Shown here: piece by piece, positions 52,001-59,212 of the stretch | Position numbering within the stretch: the first letter of the stretch is position 1 | Layout: each line of letters begins with the position of its first letter | Assembly: GCA_035626435.1 (NCBI GenBank) | Contig: DASPNQ010000209.1 | Location: forward strand, 7,623 to 71,622 | Length of the DNA stretch: 64,000 nt | Source of the DNA: Vicinamibacterales bacterium | GTDB taxonomy: Bacteria > Acidobacteriota > Vicinamibacteria > Vicinamibacterales > UBA2999 | Direction of reading: 5' to 3' | The notes under the pieces: generated by a model | Told to the model about the DNA's origin: nothing | Seen by the model: only the letters and a program-made list of their open reading frames with translations | The model's database searches: none | Translations under genes and position numbers: made by a program

Positions 52001-52891
52001 GTGCACATCGCCGGCCTTGTCGTGCTGCTGTTGGTCACCTTGCAAACGCCCGCGTTCCAGTCGGATCCGCCGCACATCTGCAGCATGTGCGACGAGTGGA
52101 ACAAACCGCGCGAGCCGTTTCGCATCTACGGCAACAGCTACTACGTCGGCACCGACGGTTTGTCGGCGATTCTGATCGCCGGTGACGCCGGTCACATCCT
52201 TCTCGACGGCGGCCTCGAGCAGTCGGCGGCACTTATCGAGGCGAGCATTCGCAAGCTCGGCTTCCGCATCGCCGACGTCAAGCTGATTCTCAATTCGCAC
52301 GGCCATTACGATCACGCCGGCGGAATCAGCGCGTTGCAACGCGCCAGCGGCGCTACCGTGGCGGCGAGCCCGTCAAGCGCCGACGCCCTGCAGCGCGGCG
52401 AGAACACGCCGGACGATCCGCAGTTCGGATTTGGCAAGGCGGAGAACGGTTTTCCGGCGGTGAAGCAGGTGCGAGTCGTCAAAGACAGCGAAACGCTTCG
52501 CGTCGGCAATCTTGCAATCACCGCGAATTTCACGCCCGGTCACACACCTGGGAGCACCGCCTGGACCTGGCAGTCGTGCGAGAACGGCAAGTGCCTCAAC
52601 CTGGTCTACGCCGACAGCCTCACCGCAGTATCCGCGCCGGGTTTCAAGTACACCGCTGAACCCGAGCGCGTGGCTGCCTTCCGTCGCAGCATTACTCGCG
52701 TGGCGGAATTGCCGTGCGACATCGTGGTGTCAACACACCCTTCGGCGACCGGGCTCGACGCCAAGATCCAGAAGCGCGCGGAGCTGAAGGGCGCCGGACC
52801 GGATCCATTCGTCGATCACGGGTGCAAGGCGTTCGCGGCAGGAGCGCTGAAAAGCCTCGAAGCCCGCATTGCCGAGGAGAAAAAGCAGTGA
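52001..52891 (+). CDS. subclass B3 metallo-beta-lactamase fold protein
   Basis: GTG start and a signal peptide. Has FRIYGNSYYVGT, the NSHGHYDHAGG (HxHxDH) motif and FTPGHTPGST, as in L1/FEZ-1/GOB-type B3 enzymes. Confidence 0.8.
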   Translation: MHIAGLVVLLLVTLQTPAFQSDPPHICSMCDEWNKPREPFRIYGNSYYVGTDGLSAILIAGDAGHILLDGGLEQSAALIEASIRKLGFRIADVKLILNSHGHYDHAGGISALQRASGATVAASPSSADALQRGENTPDDPQFGFGKAENGFPAVKQVRVVKDSETLRVGNLAITANFTPGHTPGSTAWTWQSCENGKCLNLVYADSLTAVSAPGFKYTAEPERVAAFRRSITRVAELPCDIVVSTHPSATGLDAKIQKRAELKGAGPDPFVDHGCKAFAAGALKSLEARIAEEKKQ

Positions 52892-53277
52892 ACCGCGTTA
52901 CACGGACGCTCCCGTTTCTGACGATCGTCGCCATGCTCGCCTGCTCCAGCGGTCCGCTGGAGCTCGCCAACATCCAAATCGGGCGGTCGCTCAACCAGGA
53001 CCGCAGCGTCGCCAGCATCACCACGCTGTTCAAGCCCAGCGAAACCGTGTACGTCGCCGTCCAGACCAAAGCGGCGGGTAAGGGCACCATCGGCGTCAAA
53101 TGGAAGTTCGGCACGCAGGTGATCGATGAGCCGACCAAGCAGGTGTCGTACGACGGCCCGGCCTCGACCGAGTTTCAACTGCAGAACTCCGGTGGGTTCC
53201 CCCCAGGCGACTACAGCGTCGATGTGTTCATCGACGGGCAGCAGGTCGGATCGAGAACGTTCAAGGTCGATGGATAA
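52888..53277 (+). CDS. lipoprotein of unknown function
   Basis: GTG overlaps the MBL stop (GTGA) and is preceded by GAGGAG. Lipobox LTIVAMLACSS. Beta-rich mature part. Confidence 0.6.
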   Translation: MNRVTRTLPFLTIVAMLACSSGPLELANIQIGRSLNQDRSVASITTLFKPSETVYVAVQTKAAGKGTIGVKWKFGTQVIDEPTKQVSYDGPASTEFQLQNSGGFPPGDYSVDVFIDGQQVGSRTFKVDG

Positions 53278-53317
53278 GTGGGTGCGAGTTTCGTTCTCAA
53301 CTGTTGACCGATTTCCG

Positions 53318-55816
53318 CTATTCGTAGCGTAAGGCCAGAATCGGATCGATCCTGCTGGCCTTTCCGGCGGGAATCAAACCCGCCGCGACCGACACGATTG
53401 ACAACAGAGCAACCGTCGCCACCGCGATCCATGGATCGTTCGGCTGAATTCCATACAGCTGCGACGAGACGTACCGACCCAGGCCGATCGCAGTCGGCAC
53501 GCCGATAGCGAGCCCGATCGCCAGCAGGATCAGCACCTCTTTCATCACAATCCAGAGAACGCCTGCCGGCTCGGCGCCCAGCGCCAGCCGCAACCCAAGT
53601 TCCTTCCGGCGACGCGCGACGATGAACGCCATCACGCCGTACAGGCCGATCGAAGCCAGCAAGGTCGCAAGCATGCCGAATCCGGCCGACAGCAGGGCGA
53701 TCAGACGATCGGTCAGCAGCGTTTCATCAAGCTGCCCCTGTACGGTCTTCATGTCATAGACCGGCATCGACCCATCCAGGCGCTTCACTTCGTTTCGGAT
53801 CATGTTGAACGCGCCCGCTGACGCATCGGTGGTGCGCACGTAAAAGGCGACGCCGCTGTTGCCCCATGACGGCCAGAACACCTGCCGGTGCACGCCTTCG
53901 CGCGGTCCCTCGTAAAGCGAGTCCTCGACGACGCCGATGATCTCGACGTTGAATTTGGTGTTCGGGCCCGTGCCGCGGCCGATGCGTTTGCCGATGGCGC
54001 TCTTGTCACCGAAGAAATGCTGCGCGAACTTGCGGTTGACGATCGCGACGGTCGGATTTTCCTTCGCATCGAGCGGCGTAAAATCCCGCCCCTCGAGAAA
54101 CCGGATCCCCATCGTCGAAAAGTAGCCGGGCGACAGCGCGTTCATGAATGCCTGCATGTCCTCGCCGTCCTTCGCCTGATGGCCCTCGACCGAGGTGCTG
54201 CTGTCCCACTCGTCGCCGGCAAGGAGAGAGACGGCAGCGGTGCCCGCTCCCGTTACTCCGGCGGAGCCGCGGAGGCGATCGAGCAGCTCGCTGTAAAAAT
54301 TGTTGGCGCGTTCGTGGCTGTAGCCGCTCAGCGCCGGATTGAGCCGGAACATCACCAGGTTGTCGAGCTGCATGCCGGTGTCGGTGGTCTGCAGGTTCTG
54401 CAGACTGCGCACGAACAGGCCGGCGCCGAACAGCAGGAGGAAGCTCAGCGCCACCTGCGCGGCGACGAGGCTCTTCCGGAGGAACAGCGAACCGCCGCTG
54501 CCGGCGATTCCGCCAACCGTATCTTTGAGGGTGCCCCACTGATCGGGATTGCTGGCGCGCAGCGCCGGCAATAAGCCGAAGACGACGCCGGTGAGCAGCG
54601 TGAGCGCGAACGTAAACGACAGGATTCGCAAGTCCGGTGTCGGGACGATCAGTAGTGGCTGCTGCTGCGGAATCAAGGCGATCAACCCGCGCGTCAGCGC
54701 GATGGACAGTCCGACGCCGATCAGGCCGCCGACCAACGACAACAGGACGCTTTCCGTCAACAGCTGCCGCACCAGCTGTCCACGCGTCGCGCCGAGCGAG
54801 AGGCGAACGGCGATCTCCCGCTGGCGCATGAACCCGCGCGCGATCAGCAGATTCGCCACATTGGCGCACGCAATCAACAGCACCAGGCCGACCATGGCCA
54901 TCAGCACGATCAAGGCGGTGGAAAAATCGTTGCGCAACGGCGAGTAGCCGACGTCGGCCTTCTCGACGTTCAGCTTGCCTTGCATGAAGCGCTCACGAGT
55001 GAACGCCGACCAGTTCTTCGCGCCAGGCAGCGTCATCTCATGCTGGCGGATCTGCAGGAACAGTCCCTGCAACGGCGCCTGCGCTGCCTCCACGGTGACG
55101 CCGGGCTTCAGGCGGGCGAACACTTGCACCCAACGCGAGCGCTCGTCATCCATGCGCAGCCACGCCCATTCGGGGACGATCACCGGCTTCATCAAAATCG
55201 GCACGCGCATCTGCGGCGCGCGCGCCGGGTCGATGCCGGCGAACCCTTGCGCGGAGACGCCGACGATGGTCATCGGGTAGTTGTTGACGAGGATCTTCTT
55301 GCCGACAACCGATGGATCGCGATTGAAGCGGCGATTCCAGTAGTCGTAGCTGAGCACCACCACCGGATGTCCCTGGTAAATCTGATCGTCTTCCTGTGAA
55401 TTGAACACGCGGCCCGCCGCCGGACCGACGCCGAGCATCGTGAAGAAATTACCGGAAACCATTTCGATCTCGACGCGCTCGGTCTGGTTGTCGACGCTGA
55501 CCGACGCATCGGCCAGCCGCCGCGCTAGGACTTCGGCCAGCGGCTCCGCACGCTTTTGATACTCCTGGTAAATCGGGTACGAATGCATCCGCGCACCCAT
55601 GTTGCTGCCGCTATGCGGACCCGACTGATAGAGCATGACGAGCTCCTCAGGGTTTTCGACGGGCAGCTTGCGCAGCAGAATCTGGTCGATCAGCGTGAAG
55701 ATCGCGGTGTTGGCGCCGATGCCAAGCGCGAGGGACATTACCGCCACGATCGAGAACAGCGGGTTACGGAAGAGGCCGCGGACGGCCAGCTTGAGATCGT
55801 TCGTCGGTAACGTCAT
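53318..55816 (-). CDS. MacB/FtsX-type duplicated ABC permease (ADOP-like, short N-terminus)
   Basis: 832 aa. N-terminus LKLAVRGLFRNPLFSIVAVMSLALGIGANTAIFT. Two MacB-core/FtsX halves. No ATPase or regulator adjacent. Confidence 0.85.
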   Translation of the reverse strand: MTLPTNDLKLAVRGLFRNPLFSIVAVMSLALGIGANTAIFTLIDQILLRKLPVENPEELVMLYQSGPHSGSNMGARMHSYPIYQEYQKRAEPLAEVLARRLADASVSVDNQTERVEIEMVSGNFFTMLGVGPAAGRVFNSQEDDQIYQGHPVVVLSYDYWNRRFNRDPSVVGKKILVNNYPMTIVGVSAQGFAGIDPARAPQMRVPILMKPVIVPEWAWLRMDDERSRWVQVFARLKPGVTVEAAQAPLQGLFLQIRQHEMTLPGAKNWSAFTRERFMQGKLNVEKADVGYSPLRNDFSTALIVLMAMVGLVLLIACANVANLLIARGFMRQREIAVRLSLGATRGQLVRQLLTESVLLSLVGGLIGVGLSIALTRGLIALIPQQQPLLIVPTPDLRILSFTFALTLLTGVVFGLLPALRASNPDQWGTLKDTVGGIAGSGGSLFLRKSLVAAQVALSFLLLFGAGLFVRSLQNLQTTDTGMQLDNLVMFRLNPALSGYSHERANNFYSELLDRLRGSAGVTGAGTAAVSLLAGDEWDSSTSVEGHQAKDGEDMQAFMNALSPGYFSTMGIRFLEGRDFTPLDAKENPTVAIVNRKFAQHFFGDKSAIGKRIGRGTGPNTKFNVEIIGVVEDSLYEGPREGVHRQVFWPSWGNSGVAFYVRTTDASAGAFNMIRNEVKRLDGSMPVYDMKTVQGQLDETLLTDRLIALLSAGFGMLATLLASIGLYGVMAFIVARRRKELGLRLALGAEPAGVLWIVMKEVLILLAIGLAIGVPTAIGLGRYVSSQLYGIQPNDPWIAVATVALLSIVSVAAGLIPAGKASRIDPILALRYE

Positions 55817-55931
55817 ATCGCGGTGTTAGACGGGCCGTACCCGGCCGAGAGTTGGGCGCGCCGCGCAAAAATATCCTGCCAACCATGAACTCTTCGAATC
55901 CGTCTCACGTATCAAGAAAAGCGGAGGGTCC

Positions 55932-56096
55932 ATGTCGTTTCTGAGTCGTTTGCTGGGTAAGGACGAAGCACCGAAGACACGAGTTCAGGTGTGCGTTGAA
56001 TGTGGTATGCCAGTTGCCGACCACAAGCAGTGGTGTTCCATCCTCAGGGGCCAGAACGAGTTGAAACTAAAGGCGGTCGAGAAGAAGTCGGCGTAA
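55932..56096 (+). CDS. possible small zinc-ribbon-like protein (54 aa)
   Basis: Hand-translated ORF, below the track cutoff: MSFLSRLLGKDEAPKTRVQVCVECGMPVADHKQWCSILRGQNELKLKAVEKKSA. GGAGGG lies just upstream of the ATG. CxxC...H...C pattern. Confidence 0.4.
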   Translation: MSFLSRLLGKDEAPKTRVQVCVECGMPVADHKQWCSILRGQNELKLKAVEKKSA

Positions 56097-56178
56097 CTGG
56101 GTTACGATCGGGTCCTCCCCCTTCCGAATGCGCGATGCGCCACGGCGACATCGCTGATGACAGTGCGGAGGGACCCCC

Positions 56179-56811
56179 GTGCAGGACCACCCGAACGATC
56201 TCGATAGCCGCGTCGGGCGGCTCGATGCTTCCGTCGAGCGCCTGACGTCCGAAGTCACGTCGCTCAAACTCGAGCTCGCCGCATTGGTCGGCGCGTTGCG
56301 CGAGCTGCAGCCCACTGAATCCGTCCTGCCGCCGCGCCGGCTGCCGACGCGCGCGTCCACTCACAAACCCTCGATAGTCCCCGCAGCCGTCGTTGTCGTG
56401 ATAGCCGGGTCCCTGTTGCTTTGGCAGTTGATGGTGACGCCCCGCCCAGACCGGCCCGAGGCATCGAGCGCCCGAACGGCGGCAGCCACACGTGTCTCCC
56501 CGCAAGTGGGCGGGCCGCCAGCAGCTGCGGCAGTGAACCCAACTCCCGAACCGGCGACATCAGTGGTTGCGCAGCCGACCGTCTATCGCGGCACGCTTGC
56601 CGTGAACGCCGACTTGCCAGACGCCGCGGTTTTCGTCAATCGTCGGCCGGTCGGTACGACCCCGGTTCGCGTTCCCAATCTCCGTGCCGGGGCGCACCTG
56701 GTCTGGGTCGAGCGCGATGGGTATCGCCGCTGGACACGCGTGGTCACGGTCCCGGCCGAACGAGTGACGCGGGTCTCCGCGGATCTCGAACCCGTCACCG
56801 AAGAGCGGTAA
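56179..56811 (+). CDS. membrane-anchored PEGA-domain protein
   Basis: GTG start after GGAGGG. N-terminal coiled segment and a TM helix (AAVVVVIAGSLLLWQL). C-terminal GTLAVNADLPDAAVFVNRRPVGTTPVRVPNLRAGAHLVWVERDGY matches the PEGA pattern. Confidence 0.6.
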   Translation: MQDHPNDLDSRVGRLDASVERLTSEVTSLKLELAALVGALRELQPTESVLPPRRLPTRASTHKPSIVPAAVVVVIAGSLLLWQLMVTPRPDRPEASSARTAAATRVSPQVGGPPAAAAVNPTPEPATSVVAQPTVYRGTLAVNADLPDAAVFVNRRPVGTTPVRVPNLRAGAHLVWVERDGYRRWTRVVTVPAERVTRVSADLEPVTEER

Positions 56812-56853
56812 CGGCACGCGATTGGCATTGCGAGGCCTCTGGCGGAGGCCGCA

Positions 56854-57213
56854 GTGTCGCAACCCAACCACGATCCCATCGTCGACGTCGATCCGCTGCT
56901 CGCCTTCACGACGGAGACGGCGCGGAAAAGTGGGGATTCATCGCACGATTCGCCGTCTGATGCGATGGACACCCGTCTCGCCGAGCTCGAGCAGTCCATC
57001 GATCAATCGAAACAGCACCTGTCGGACCTGCGGGCCGAAGTCGCGACATTAGTCCGCGTCGTAGCGGACATCAAGCAGCGGATGAGCCGTCGGGCGCCGC
57101 CTTCGCCGCCGATCGCACCGGTGGCACGCGCCGGATGGCAGCAGGCTGCGTCGGCCGTCGCCGGCATCGCGATCGGAGTGGCGATTGGCGCGCTATTGTT
57201 GACGGCGGGTTGA
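56854..57213 (+). CDS. membrane-anchored coiled-coil protein, N-terminal paralogue of the preceding gene
   Basis: GTG lies 5 nt after GGAGG. MDTRLAELEQSIDQSKQHLSDLRAEVATLV parallels LDSRVGRLDASVERLTSEVTSLKLELAALV of the previous protein. C-terminal TM helix. Confidence 0.5.
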   Translation: MSQPNHDPIVDVDPLLAFTTETARKSGDSSHDSPSDAMDTRLAELEQSIDQSKQHLSDLRAEVATLVRVVADIKQRMSRRAPPSPPIAPVARAGWQQAASAVAGIAIGVAIGALLLTAG

Positions 57214-57217
57214 TGGC

Positions 57218-57988
57218 TTGTTGCGGATTGGTTGCTCCGGGTGGAACTACAAACACTGGCGCGGGCCCGTCTACCCGGCGGCGATGCCCGCGCGACTGTG
57301 GTTCGATCATTACGTCACGCTGTTCGACACCGTAGAAATCAACAACTCGTTCTACCGGCTGCCGGAACCGTCAACCTTTGCGGCCTGGCGCGAGCGTGCG
57401 CCCGATGATTTTCTCTACGCGATCAAGGCGAGCCGTTTTCTGACGCACTTGAAGCGCTTGCGGGAGCCGGAAGAACCGGTGGCACGCCTGTTCGAGCATG
57501 CGCGCGAGCTGCATGATCATTTCGGTCCAATCCTTTACCAGCTGCCCGGAAGCTTTCATCGCGACTTGCAGCGGCTCGATGACTTTCTGGGAGTCCTGCC
57601 GCGCACGCTGGGCGAGCTCGGCGCGAAGCCGGCCGCCCATCAACTCCAGCATGTCGTCGAATTCAGGCATCCGTCCTGGTACGTGGAAGAAACCTACGAA
57701 GTGCTCGATGCCCACGCGGCTGCCATGTGCCTCCACGACATGCGCGGCTCGGCGATCACCTCACCGTTCGTCGGCCCGTTCACCTACGTCCGATTTCACG
57801 GGCCGAGTGGACGGTATTTCGGCAGGTACGACATCACGAGACTCGACATGTGGGCGGCGCGCCTGCACGAGCAGCTCCAGGACGGCCGGCCGGTGTACGC
57901 GTACTTCAATAACGATCCAGAGGGCATGGCTGTCGCCAACGCGGTGGAGTTGAAGCAATTGATGGCCGCGAGAATGGAGAATGAATGA
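57218..57988 (+). CDS. DUF72 (UPF0759) family protein
   Basis: TTG start. MLRIGCSGWNYKHWRGPVYP...FDTVEINNSFYRLP...FVYVRFHG-type motifs are characteristic of DUF72. Confidence 0.85.
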   Translation: MLRIGCSGWNYKHWRGPVYPAAMPARLWFDHYVTLFDTVEINNSFYRLPEPSTFAAWRERAPDDFLYAIKASRFLTHLKRLREPEEPVARLFEHARELHDHFGPILYQLPGSFHRDLQRLDDFLGVLPRTLGELGAKPAAHQLQHVVEFRHPSWYVEETYEVLDAHAAAMCLHDMRGSAITSPFVGPFTYVRFHGPSGRYFGRYDITRLDMWAARLHEQLQDGRPVYAYFNNDPEGMAVANAVELKQLMAARMENE

Positions 57989-59186
57989 GGTAAGCTACCG
58001 GTCCTCTATGAGCCATGCCGAATTGACGGTATCCGAGCTGACGGCGTCGCTGTTCGGATCGTCCGACGCTCGCGCGATCGCGACGCCGGCGCTGATCCAG
58101 GCGATGCTGGATTCGGGTGACGGCATCAGCGACCTCGTGTTCTCGCCGGGGCGGCCGCCGCAAGTCGAACGGTATGGCGAGCTGACCGTGGTGCCGATCG
58201 CGCAGCTGCCATCGCTGCGACCCGAGGACACCGCCGCGATTGCGCGGGATCTGATTCGCGATAACGAAATCGTCTTACGCACGCTGAAGAACCAGGGCGC
58301 GTGCGACCTGTCGTATGCGTTGCCGGACCGCTGCCGGTTTCGCGTCAACGTGTTTCGACAGCGAGGCAGCTTCGCGATCGTCATGCGCATGATCGCGCAG
58401 CGCATCCCGTCGATTGCGGAGCTCGGACTGCCGCCGCACCTCGCCGAACTGGGGGCGTTGAAGAACGGCATCGTGCTGGTGACCGGTCCGACGGGGTCGG
58501 GTAAGTCGTCGACGCTCGCGGCGATCATCGATCTCATCAACGAGAGTCGGGCGGATCACATCTTGACGATCGAGGATCCGGTTGAATTTCTTCACAACCA
58601 CAAAAAGGGCACGGTGCATCAGCGGGAATTGCACACCGACACGCCGACCTTTGCGTTGGCGCTGCGCGCCGCGCTGCGCCAGGCGCCCAAGGTGATCCTC
58701 GTCGGCGAAATGCGCGATCGCGAGACGATCGAGATTGCGCTGACCGCTGCTGAGACGGGTCACCTCGTGTTCTCGACGCTCCACACCATCGACGCATCGA
58801 AGACCGTCGAGCGCATTGTCGGTACGTTCGAGGTGTCTGATCAGCAAGCGGTGCGGAGCCGGCTGGCCGCGTCGTTCCGCTATTTCATCGCGCAGCGTCT
58901 GATTCCCCGGCGCGAGGGCGGCCGGATGGCCATCCTCGAGATCCTCAAGGCGACGATGCGCACCCGCGAATACATCGAGACCGGCGAGCGCGAAGGCAAG
59001 ACGCTGCTCGATGCCATGCGCGACGGATCCCTGGATGGCATGCAGTACTTCGACGGTGAGCTGGAAAAGCTGGTGCGCAACGGCACCATCTCCCTCAACA
59101 CCGCGTTGGCCTACGCGACCAACGCCGGCAACCTCAAGGTGGCGCTGGCCGACGTGCCGGACGAAGATTCGCTGATCATCCGGTAA
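57981..59186 (+). CDS. pilT: type IV pilus retraction ATPase PilT family
   Basis: GPTGSGKSSTLAA (Walker A), TIEDPVEF, ILVGEMRD (Walker B region) and TGHLVFSTLHT (His box). Start at ATG 57981 (overlaps the DUF72 end) or 58008. Confidence 0.85.
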   Translation: MNEVSYRSSMSHAELTVSELTASLFGSSDARAIATPALIQAMLDSGDGISDLVFSPGRPPQVERYGELTVVPIAQLPSLRPEDTAAIARDLIRDNEIVLRTLKNQGACDLSYALPDRCRFRVNVFRQRGSFAIVMRMIAQRIPSIAELGLPPHLAELGALKNGIVLVTGPTGSGKSSTLAAIIDLINESRADHILTIEDPVEFLHNHKKGTVHQRELHTDTPTFALALRAALRQAPKVILVGEMRDRETIEIALTAAETGHLVFSTLHTIDASKTVERIVGTFEVSDQQAVRSRLAASFRYFIAQRLIPRREGGRMAILEILKATMRTREYIETGEREGKTLLDAMRDGSLDGMQYFDGELEKLVRNGTISLNTALAYATNAGNLKVALADVPDEDSLIIR

Positions 59187-59212
59187 CCCGCCGCGGCACC
59201 CCGGCGCCGGAC

